Assembly: GCF_008189525.1 (NCBI RefSeq)
Contig: NZ_CP043314.1
Span: 240,001-272,000 of the forward strand
Reading direction: 5' to 3'
Source of the DNA: Candidatus Saccharimonadota bacterium
GTDB lineage: Bacteria > Pseudomonadota > Alphaproteobacteria > CAJXXZ01 > 1604HC
DNA length: 32,000 nucleotides
Shown here: piece by piece, positions 25,267 to 32,000 of the stretch
Numbering within the stretch: position 1 is the stretch's first letter
Layout of the letters: each line of letters opens with the position of its first letter
The notes under the pieces: model-generated
Seen by the model: the letters and a program-made list of their open reading frames with translations, nothing else
Told to the model about the DNA's origin: nothing
Databases searched by the model: none
Position numbers and translations under genes: made by a program

Positions 25267-26037
25267 ATGTTAGATTTAAATATAGAAGAAATAAGTAGCC
25301 CGATAAAATCTGGGAAAATAAACTTAATGTTAGGTGTTTTGCAGAAAATCGAAGGAATGGCTTGTAGAGATTTTAAGCAAAACTCTATGATTTTGGATAA
25401 AAACAAATTGGATTTTGTGGATAGGTTTGAAAAAAGAGTTGAAAAGAAAATAGCAGAATTTTTCCTTAACAAGGTAAAAGGTGATGGAATAATAGGAAAG
25501 CATTATAATATAGATTCTACAAATGAAAACAACTGGGTAATTAATCCACTAGATGGCAGAGCTAACTTTTTAAGAAACATTCCGATATTTTGTATTAGTG
25601 TTGCGTTTATGACAGGAAATATAGTTAAATCTTGTGTTGTTATTAATCCACTTTTAGGAGAAATTTATCAAGCTGAAGTAGAAAGTGGAGCGTATTTAAA
25701 TGATGCTAAAATTTCAGTTTCTAAAGAAGTAAAAGAAAATAAATTGTTTGGAAGCTGTACTAATGAAGAAGTTTGTATAGATACAGCAAATACCAGATCT
25801 TTAGGGTGTTCAACATTATCTATGTGTTATGTTGCTAGTGGAAGGTTTGATTTTTCAGTTGATTTAGGAAAAGAGCTAGTTGATGTTGCTGCAGGTGCTT
25901 TGATGGTAACAGAAGCAAAAGGTTTTGTTAGTAAATCAGGAGTTACATGCAATAATATTCTTGGGTTTGGAAAGCAGAGCTTAGTATCTTCAAGCAAAAT
26001 GTCCAAAAAATATATTCAAAATAATCTTAAAATTTAA
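25267..26037 (+). CDS. suhB: inositol monophosphatase family protein (SuhB-like)
   Basis: WVINPLDGRANFLRNIP (the [WV]-x-[DN]-P-[LI]-D-G-T-x-N-F motif) and LGCSTLSMCYVASGRFD (the [AG]-x-x-[LM]-x-x-V-A-x-G-x-x-D motif). I start at the ATG at 25267, after the efp stop; the ORF-track start at 25231 overlaps efp. Confidence 0.85.
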   Translation: MLDLNIEEISSPIKSGKINLMLGVLQKIEGMACRDFKQNSMILDKNKLDFVDRFEKRVEKKIAEFFLNKVKGDGIIGKHYNIDSTNENNWVINPLDGRANFLRNIPIFCISVAFMTGNIVKSCVVINPLLGEIYQAEVESGAYLNDAKISVSKEVKENKLFGSCTNEEVCIDTANTRSLGCSTLSMCYVASGRFDFSVDLGKELVDVAAGALMVTEAKGFVSKSGVTCNNILGFGKQSLVSSSKMSKKYIQNNLKI

Positions 26038-26247
26038 ATTTATTTACTTAGTTTAAATTCTTCTACTATTTTTATAATAGTTTACATAAAATAAAAAACC
26101 TTATATTTGAAATTATTTAAATATAATAATAGTTTATTTAATAATTACTTTTATCTCCTGATTAGGATTATTCACATTCAATATATACTTTTTACAGTAT
26201 TATCTCATAATATTCCTTGAGCACTGACTTTTTGGTATATTAAAATT

Positions 26248-27600
26248 ATGTTTTCTTCTGGTCCCACTAAAAAGCACTGTGATTTTGATATAAAGTCATT
26301 AGGAAATTTTCTTAAGCAAAGAAATCATGTTTCTGATCAAGGTATAGAAAAAATAAAAGAACTTTCGGATAAAGTAAGAGAGTCATTAAAAATCCCACAT
26401 GATTACAAAATAGGGTTTGTAAATGGATCTTGCACAGGAGCTTTAGAAGCAGTATTTTGGAATGCTTTGGGTGATAGAAGTGTATTTGTGTTGGATTATG
26501 GGCTGTTTGGGAAAAGATGGGCTGATGATATATTGTTAAACATTAAAATGCCAGGAAAAAGGCTTGATTTATCTCAAATTGAATTAATTAAAAAAGCAGC
26601 ATCAAATAATGGTTCCTATAATAGCTCTTATGACACAAGTAAAGGTTCTGAATTAAGGGTATCTGAAAAAGAAATAGAATATGAAACTCCAATAATTTAT
26701 GATAATGATTTTGTTTTTACTATGACAGAAACTGCAACTGGGGAAAAGTGGTTTGACAAAGAGTTTCTGAGAAAAGTTAAAGGGCTAAGGATTGCTGATC
26801 TTACATCAGCTGTCTTTTGTGAAGAAATAGAATGGGATTTTCTAGATTGTGCAGCATTTTCATTCCAGAAAGCTTTGGGTGCAGAAGCAGGTTTGGGTTG
26901 TATAGTAATGAACCCTAAAGGATTTAGAAGAGTTTTAGAAAGAGAAAAAATATCTAATAAATCTGTATGTGCGAAATTTCCTATTCCTAGATTTATGAAA
27001 ATAACTGAAAATCTTTTCAAAAATATAATGCCTAATACCCCATCCTTTATTGTTGTAGAAGATATAATACAGAGCATAAATTCATTTATGAAGCTAGGTG
27101 GGATTAAAAACTCAATAAAAGAGTGCACAAATAATAGAGAGTGTTTATTGAAAAACATCTGCTATTTAGAAAATGTGAATAAAGCTTGTTTGTTCGATAA
27201 TGAGTCTAGTGATGGTGGATATGCTATGAATAATATTCATACCTGTAATGAAACTATTGAAAATAATGATAATGATGTAAAAAACCTTAAATCTGAATTT
27301 ATTGCAAAGTCAGGAAATGAATTAGATACGTTAAGATCAATTCAACAATCTAATTATGTTTTGTGCTTAAAACCATCTTACAAGAAATGGAACTATTTAA
27401 GTAAAAATGAAAAATGGAATTTCATAAATTTAGTTGCAGAAAAATTAGAGGGATATGATGTTTTAGGAATTGTAGGTCATTCTATGTCTGAGCCGTGTTT
27501 TAGGTTTTGTACTGGGCCTACAATATTTGTAAATAAACAATATATTAAATATTTCATGCAAACATTTATTAATGTTGCAGAAGACAAAGATATTACATAA
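26248..27600 (+). CDS. serC: phosphoserine aminotransferase, alphaproteobacterial type, with low-complexity insertions
   Basis: MFSSGPTKK (the F-S-S-G-P-C-x-K start), IPHDYKIGFVNGSCTGALEAVFWNALG, and AFSFQKALGAEAGLG (PLP-Lys context, like S-W-Q-K-V-L-G-G-E). It is 450 aa; by my recollection homologues are roughly 380-390 aa, and the excess sits in N/S/K-rich segments. Confidence 0.8.
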   Translation: MFSSGPTKKHCDFDIKSLGNFLKQRNHVSDQGIEKIKELSDKVRESLKIPHDYKIGFVNGSCTGALEAVFWNALGDRSVFVLDYGLFGKRWADDILLNIKMPGKRLDLSQIELIKKAASNNGSYNSSYDTSKGSELRVSEKEIEYETPIIYDNDFVFTMTETATGEKWFDKEFLRKVKGLRIADLTSAVFCEEIEWDFLDCAAFSFQKALGAEAGLGCIVMNPKGFRRVLEREKISNKSVCAKFPIPRFMKITENLFKNIMPNTPSFIVVEDIIQSINSFMKLGGIKNSIKECTNNRECLLKNICYLENVNKACLFDNESSDGGYAMNNIHTCNETIENNDNDVKNLKSEFIAKSGNELDTLRSIQQSNYVLCLKPSYKKWNYLSKNEKWNFINLVAEKLEGYDVLGIVGHSMSEPCFRFCTGPTIFVNKQYIKYFMQTFINVAEDKDIT

Positions 27601-28480
27601 GTTTTTAAGTTCTGTTTTAGTTGGATATAATTTTAAGCAGAATTTGTACAAAATATTTTCCAAAACAGTTCCTGAAAAGTACTATGAAAATGAATCTGAT
27701 TTGAAAAATTTATCATTAAAAATATCAAAAGGTAAAGAATATTCTTACAAACCATATGAATCTAGAAAACTAAAAATAAATAATTCTAAGATTAAAGAAG
27801 TAGATCTTAAAGAGTTAAATGGTAACTTTTCTAGAAACCATTCTAGAATAGAAAAATATTTAGAAGAAATAGGAATGAAAGGTGATGTAAATCCTAAAGA
27901 TAGCTCTTACACGAGTTATGATGGTATTGTAGTTATTTTTGATAGCATAGAGACTTTTAGGCTTAAAATTGATTTTATTAACAAATTAAATATTAGAAAT
28001 AAAAAATTGCACGTTATTGTAGATGATTCTGGAAAAAATTATAGTTACGAGCAAACTCTGCTTATTAAAGGGTCTAAAGATATTTTAGATTTTTCATATC
28101 ATAAGAAAGTGGAAAAGATTGAAAAATTAAATTCTATTCCAAAAACTGATAAAGAGGCTGCACAGATAATAATCGAAAAGACACTGGGTAGTAATCAGAA
28201 CTTATCTATAGAATATTTAGAGTTTAGTAATGATAAAAATAGGTTTATTAAAGATTACATTTGGAGTAATTCAGGCAGGAAGTTGCTTTTCATAGAGGTT
28301 AATCCTTATATACCTTTTTATTCTTTGCTAGTTAAAAGTTATGCTACTTTAGATGGGAATGTAGAAGTTGCTGGAGATAGGGGAATTACAGGGCATATAG
28401 GTACATTAGATTATGAAAAAAATGCTCCTGTATACATTAATGCAATTATGAAAATTTCCAATATTGTTGGTAATTCTTAA
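27572..28480 (+). CDS. hypothetical protein (302 aa), unassigned
   Basis: Long ORF whose only in-frame ATG overlaps the serC 3' end by 29 nt. The N-terminal third is K/N/E-rich. I see no motif. Confidence 0.55.
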   Translation: MLQKTKILHKFLSSVLVGYNFKQNLYKIFSKTVPEKYYENESDLKNLSLKISKGKEYSYKPYESRKLKINNSKIKEVDLKELNGNFSRNHSRIEKYLEEIGMKGDVNPKDSSYTSYDGIVVIFDSIETFRLKIDFINKLNIRNKKLHVIVDDSGKNYSYEQTLLIKGSKDILDFSYHKKVEKIEKLNSIPKTDKEAAQIIIEKTLGSNQNLSIEYLEFSNDKNRFIKDYIWSNSGRKLLFIEVNPYIPFYSLLVKSYATLDGNVEVAGDRGITGHIGTLDYEKNAPVYINAIMKISNIVGNS

Positions 28481-28481
28481 G

Positions 28482-28507
28482 CTGAATTTAAGCGTTGTGT
28501 AATTCAG
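28482..28507. terminator. weak hairpin between convergent genes (possible bidirectional terminator)
   Basis: CTGAATT (28482-28488) and AATTCAG (28501-28507) form a 7-bp stem with a 12-nt loop, directly after the stop at 28480. There is no clear U-tract, and the stem is AT-rich. Confidence 0.25.
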
Positions 28508-28599
28508 AAAGTATTAAATGAGCATTTTTAATTAAGTATTGTTAATTAAATTTTATTTGATTTTGAAATGGTTGTTATAAAATAATTTTTTCATAAATA

Positions 28600-29025
28600 T
28601 TATTTTTTCATAAACTTAAATAGATCTTCTATTTGTTTCATACTATTCACAATCGCACTTTGTGGCATATTAACGAAATTAGGATATGCTTCATCGTACA
28701 ATTTTAATCTTTCTTCTAATTTTTTTACTATTTCTAAGCCTTTTTTAGAAAGTTTGATTTCGTAAGATCTTTTATCATGTTCTGTTTTCTTTTGTGTTAT
28801 ATATCCGCTATTTTTCATTTGTTTTATATTATATGGAACATTTGTCAGCATGCAGTCATTAACAAGTTCTAACAAAGATATATTGTTTCTGTGAATGAAA
28901 AGCAGAATTATGGATTGCATACCAGACAATTCATTACAGTTTATTATTTTATTATTATTTTTCATCATATTAAAAGTTGATTTTTTTAATTTAATTATAT
29001 TTTCTATAATCTCAAATATTTTCAT
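28600..29025 (-). CDS. MarR-family transcriptional regulator
   Basis: 141 aa with a winged-HTH pattern: LSGMQSIILLFIHRNNISLLELVNDCMLTNVPYNIKQMKNSGYITQKKTEHDKRSYEIKLSKKGLEI (the D-[KR]-R wing and L-T-x-x-G). Confidence 0.85.
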   Translation of the reverse strand: MKIFEIIENIIKLKKSTFNMMKNNNKIINCNELSGMQSIILLFIHRNNISLLELVNDCMLTNVPYNIKQMKNSGYITQKKTEHDKRSYEIKLSKKGLEIVKKLEERLKLYDEAYPNFVNMPQSAIVNSMKQIEDLFKFMKK

Positions 29026-29065
29026 TTTTCTCTCTAACTTATTTTGGTTTAATAATATTACTATA

Positions 29066-29092
29066 AAGTTAAGTTTTGCTAAGTTAAGTTTT
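29066..29092. promoter_or_regulatory. 12-bp direct repeat in the marR / 29145-ORF divergent spacer (candidate operator)
   Basis: AAGTTAAGTTTT occurs at 29066-29077 and again at 29081-29092, separated by GCT. It lies within the 119-bp divergent intergenic region. Confidence 0.3.
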
Positions 29093-29144
29093 AATATGAG
29101 TATTTATAAAATATTAATACAAATGGTGTAAAACACTATTCTAG

Positions 29145-29843
29145 ATGACTTATATAAACTTAGTATTTGGATTTAAAATAAAATTTCTAGAAACAGGGAT
29201 GATGGATTACATAAAGACGGATCATGCCAATATAGAAAAAGATAAAATAATGATTGTTGAGGATAGTGATAACTTTTTTTCAATTGCATTTTTTTATAAT
29301 TCTAAATCTTACGTAGAATCTTTTTTAATCACTATACTTGCTCTTAGAGAATATTTTTCAAAAATAGGTAGCATTCAATTTAAATGTCCTAACATATTAA
29401 TGCTAAATGGAAAAAAGGTTTGTTATTTACACTTTCATGAAATAGGTGATAAGAAATTTATCAGGATTTTCGTACAGAAAAATTATTTCTGCTATGGATT
29501 CATCAACAATTTATGTCAATTCTTAGAAAAATGGATTAATTTGTCTAAAATGTGTGGATTTGATTATCTGGTTTCTTCTGCAAATAAAATAGAAACAGAA
29601 TCATGTAGTGATGATAAAAAACAAGAAATTTTCTTGCAACAAAAAAATTACGACAATTCAGGTGATATACACTTTGATTCTAGTGAAATTAACCTAGTAA
29701 ATTCGAATTCTGAGGGTGGGAGTTTGGTAGAAAAAGGATTGTTTATTTTTGATAAATTTAACGAAAATGGACATTTTTCCATAAGGGGCTATGACTATAT
29801 TAAATACACATTTGAGGTAGAAGATTTAATGTGTAAGTTTTGA
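29145..29843 (+). CDS. BPL/LplA-fold protein: degenerate biotin-protein-ligase-like, lacking the GRGRxGR loop
   Basis: FFSIAFFYNSKSYVESFLITILALREYFSKIGS-IQFKCPNILMLNGKKVCYLHFHE aligns with E. coli BirA [60 protein letters not shown]. The segment where GRGRRGRKW should lie reads KIMIVEDSDN. This by-eye alignment is the only basis for the call. Confidence 0.35.
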   Translation: MTYINLVFGFKIKFLETGMMDYIKTDHANIEKDKIMIVEDSDNFFSIAFFYNSKSYVESFLITILALREYFSKIGSIQFKCPNILMLNGKKVCYLHFHEIGDKKFIRIFVQKNYFCYGFINNLCQFLEKWINLSKMCGFDYLVSSANKIETESCSDDKKQEIFLQQKNYDNSGDIHFDSSEINLVNSNSEGGSLVEKGLFIFDKFNENGHFSIRGYDYIKYTFEVEDLMCKF

Positions 29844-30016
29844 TTTTACGTTAACCTAATTATGTGTTTTCTAATAACTTTAATTATGAATTTAAATATG
29901 AATTATTATTAAACAAATAACTGAATAATAACAATGAAATTGATTGATTAAAGAAATAACAATTAAGATCTTTCATAACAAATAGAACACATGGGTATGC
30001 TTATTTAATAAAGGTT

Positions 30017-30571
30017 TTATTTTATAATTTTATATTTAAGTATATTTCCAGGAGGGAAGTTTCTCCATACAGTTTCAATTCTCTTGCATGTCATGTCGAA
30101 GTTTTTATACTTAAATGGTGAAAATGGAGTGTAAGTAAGCTGTAGATATGTTGCTCCTGTTTGTAACATGATTTTTTTATAGGTTTCAATAATTTCTAAT
30201 GATTTTTTCTTTCCCAAAGACAGTAAAGGCACAGTAGATAATATGTATTTAATATCTTTTATGGTTTTTAAATCTAATATATCGTATATATCGCAAATAT
30301 CTTTGTTTATGAAAGTTGACTCAGGGAATCTTTTTCTCAAATCATTACAGAACTCTTCTTGGATTTCGAAAGATATTAATTTAGATTTGTTCTCCATCTT
30401 GTTGTAGACGTGTTCTGTTATTGTTCCGGTCCCAGCTCCAACTTCTAATATTGTTCCAGAGTTCAAATCCATATTTTTTATAAAAGCTTTTGATAAATGG
30501 CTAGAGCTTGGAATAACTGATCCTGTAAGTTTGGGGTTTTTTATATATTGTTTAAAAAATACTTTTTTCAT
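30017..30571 (-). CDS. pmtA: phospholipid N-methyltransferase, Sinorhizobium PmtA type (COG3963-like class I SAM methyltransferase)
   Basis: The N-terminal FFKQYIKNPKLTGSVIPSSSHLSKAF matches the family's F-x-x-W-[IL]-x-x-P-x-x-[VT]-G-[SA]-[IV]-x-P-[ST]-S block. The SAM motif I is ILEVGAGTGTIT. 184 aa. Confidence 0.75.
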   Translation of the reverse strand: MKKVFFKQYIKNPKLTGSVIPSSSHLSKAFIKNMDLNSGTILEVGAGTGTITEHVYNKMENKSKLISFEIQEEFCNDLRKRFPESTFINKDICDIYDILDLKTIKDIKYILSTVPLLSLGKKKSLEIIETYKKIMLQTGATYLQLTYTPFSPFKYKNFDMTCKRIETVWRNFPPGNILKYKIIK

Positions 30572-31242
30572 TTTGTTTTTCCTTCTTTAATCTCTTTCTT
30601 TTGACTATTTTCTTCAGAAAAATCCATTCCTTTTACTATAGATGAAAAGGCTTCAGAGCAATTTTTATAAGAATAATGATTTACATGTACAGTAGGAAAA
30701 GATTTTATTTTTTTGCTTAGAAAATCAACAACACCTCTGTTCTTAAACACATTAGAATAAAAAGATGTATAGGAGAAATGCAACATAGGGCATAAATTAG
30801 ATTCCATTATATCAGAACATTGGTTAAGTATTTTATTTCTTTCTGCTTTATTTATTAATAAAAATGGGATAGAGGATATTATTAATCTAACTCTACTCAT
30901 TTCCTCTGGAGATATTATTTCAGAAAGATCTGCAGCATTTCCTTGTATTATTTTTACATTCTCGAATTTTTTTCGCAGAACTTTGCAAAAACTATCATTA
31001 ATTTCTATACATATTGATTGTGCAGAGCTATATGCTTTATTGTTTATATATTTTGTCAATGACCCAGATCCTCCGCCTATTTCAAGAATTATGTCATTTT
31101 GAGATAGGTTTTGTGAAAAATGTAAGATATGTTTACCTGCTTTTTTTGGGATCTCTCTAAAGGTCCCGGTTTTTATTGGATTTTTTAGCCAATTCAAAAA
31201 GAACATCATCTTAGTCATAAGGGTTATTCTATCATAGTTCAA
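30568..31242 (-). CDS. second, more divergent PmtA-family SAM methyltransferase (tandem paralogue)
   Basis: FLNWLKNPIKTGTFREIPKKAGKHIL plus ILEIGGGSGSLT show the same architecture as the downstream gene. There is a 4-nt stop/start overlap. The C-terminal tail is K/E-rich. Confidence 0.6.
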   Translation of the reverse strand: MNYDRITLMTKMMFFLNWLKNPIKTGTFREIPKKAGKHILHFSQNLSQNDIILEIGGGSGSLTKYINNKAYSSAQSICIEINDSFCKVLRKKFENVKIIQGNAADLSEIISPEEMSRVRLIISSIPFLLINKAERNKILNQCSDIMESNLCPMLHFSYTSFYSNVFKNRGVVDFLSKKIKSFPTVHVNHYSYKNCSEAFSSIVKGMDFSEENSQKKEIKEGKTK

Positions 31243-31335
31243 TTATATTGATAATATACACAATTCTAGTTTTTTGATTAATTATTGTACCTTATTACTA
31301 TTTGTTTTAAAAAATATTAACCTACTGTTTGTAAA

Positions 31336-31408
31336 GCCAAAATAGCTCAGTTGGTAGAGCAACTGATTCGTAATCAGTAGGCCAGGTGTTCGAATCACCT
31401 TTTTGGCA
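31336..31408 (+). tRNA. tRNA-Thr, anticodon CGU
   Basis: A manual cloverleaf gives 73 nt. Acceptor GCCAAAA/TTTTGGC, discriminator A. D arm GCTC-AGTTGGTA-GAGC. Anticodon arm ACTGA-TTCGTAA-TCAGT (U33, CGT, A37). Variable loop AGGCC. T arm AGGTG-TTCGAAT-CACCT. No CCA is encoded. Confidence 0.9.
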
Positions 31409-31739
31409 ACTTAATCCCTACAGTCTTAAGTCACCTTTTTGGCAACTTAACTCCTTCGGACTTAAATCACCTTTTTGGCAACTTAATCCCTACAGTCTTA
31501 AGTCACCTTTTTGGCAACTTAACTCCTTCGGACTTAAATCACCTTTTTGGCAACTTAATCCCTACAGTCTTAAGTCACCTTTTTGGCAACTTAATCCCTA
31601 CAGTCTTAAGTCACCTTTTTGGCAACTTAACTCCTTCGGACTTAAATCACCTTTTTGGCAACTTAATCCCTACAGTCTTAAGTCACCTTTTTGGCAACTT
31701 AATCCCTACAGTCTTAAGTCACCTTTTTGGCAACTTAAC
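31395..31739 (+). repeat. 36-bp tandem array (9 full units plus a terminal partial core) seeded on the tRNA-Thr 3' end
   Basis: The core is TCACCTTTTTGGCAACTTA (T-stem 3' strand, acceptor 3' strand, discriminator, then ACTTA). It is followed by one of two 17-nt fillers: A = ATCCCTACAGTCTTAAG, B = ACTCCTTCGGACTTAAA. Unit starts are 31395, 31431, 31467, 31503, 31539, 31575, 31611, 31647 and 31683, with a partial unit at 31719. The order is A B A B A A B A A. Copies of each variant are identical by eye. Confidence 0.97.
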
Positions 31740-32000
31740 CTATAAATAATTTGCATTATATTAACTGGTAACACGAACATAATTCATAAGTTAGGAAGCA
31801 TGATCATTGTAATTTAAATTATAAATTTGTACATGTAACTACTTGTTTAATAGTTTTTCAATTTTTTACTGTTTTTTTTCGCTTTTATGTTTTAGAATTT
31901 GCTGTGACTTTTTTAATATTATCATTAGGGCTCTTACTGTCAAAATTCTGGCAAGAAACTATGGTTATTTCTATTAATCCACTTTCTGAAGTAATTAATA

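Noticed and set aside
4754-29131. ORF-track entries lying antisense to or overlapping stronger genes: 4754-5068, 6233-6520, 6682-6966, 7026-7241, 7120-7329, 8770-9171, 9202-9393, 10287-10478, 12706-12957, 13024-13356, 22771-22968, 23888-24304, 24853-25035, 25263-25472, 26697-27158, 27463-27663, 28895-29131.
   Set aside because: Each lies inside, on the opposite strand or frame, a gene with clear family motifs or a much longer ORF. Their translations are low-complexity F/L/I/S/K-rich strings typical of shadow frames in AT-rich DNA, and none has a recognisable motif.
11435-31408. The idea that the head-gene cluster is a prophage integrated at the tRNA-Thr.
   Set aside because: The tRNA lies about 13 kb from the cluster, with clearly housekeeping genes in between (lysC, lipB, dapE, ftsA/Z, efp, suhB, serC, pmtA). 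No integrase is visible, and there is no copy of the 19-bp core near 11.0-11.4 kb.
31395-31739. CRISPR interpretation of the repeat array.
   Set aside because: There are only two 'spacer' sequences (17 nt each), reused in the pattern ABABAABAA. The repeat is 19 nt and derives from a tRNA 3' end. No cas genes are in the window. It is a tandem repeat, not a CRISPR array.
31386-31745. 119-aa ORF in the track (MFESPFWQLNPYSLKSPFWQLN...).
   Set aside because: It starts at a GTG inside the tRNA-Thr T-arm, and its sequence is just the translation of the 36-bp (12-codon) tandem repeat. It has no RBS and no non-repeat domain. I treat it as a by-product of the repeat, though the open frame is noted in the finding.
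31940-32000. Short open frames at the right edge: a plus-strand ATG at 31961 (MVISINPLSEVIN...) and a minus-strand C-terminal fragment (...INYFRKWINRNNHSFLPEF*).
   Set aside because: Each spans fewer than 20 codons inside the window, the two are mutually exclusive, and neither has a recognisable motif. They cannot be called from this window alone.

Overview
The window is strongly AT-rich (by eye about 70% A+T) and uses the standard code. Spacers are long and AT-rich, and many genes have overlapping stop/start codons. The gene content looks like a reduced, probably host-associated alphaproteobacterium; this taxonomic call is inference from RcGTA-type head genes, a Sinorhizobium-type PmtA, an alphaproteobacterial-type SerC, a short-type Psd and ftsA-ftsZ. 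Most of the window is housekeeping: rplT/rpmI, trxA, ychF, pssA, psd, xseB, a PduO-type adenosyltransferase, yidC, lysC, lipB, dapE, ftsA-like, ftsZ, efp, suhB and serC. Four things stand out. (1) At 11.4-18.8 kb there is an intact-looking HK97/RcGTA-type head module (portal, prohead protease, major capsid, connector, adaptor). No terminase, integrase, tape measure or recognisable tail genes are visible, and it is followed by translationally coupled ORFs I cannot assign to any family. (2) A tRNA-Thr(CGU) has its 3' end reiterated in a perfect 36-bp two-variant tandem array of 9 full units plus a partial (31395-31739). (3) The window encodes a complete PS -> PE -> PC lipid route: pssA, psd, a tandem psd paralogue lacking the pyruvoyl-forming Ser, and two tandem pmtA-type methyltransferases. 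(4) Several proteins keep the fold-level pattern of a known enzyme but have lost catalytic or ligand-binding motifs (FtsA-like, Psd-like, BirA-like). All product calls come from reading motifs by eye, and no database search was run.
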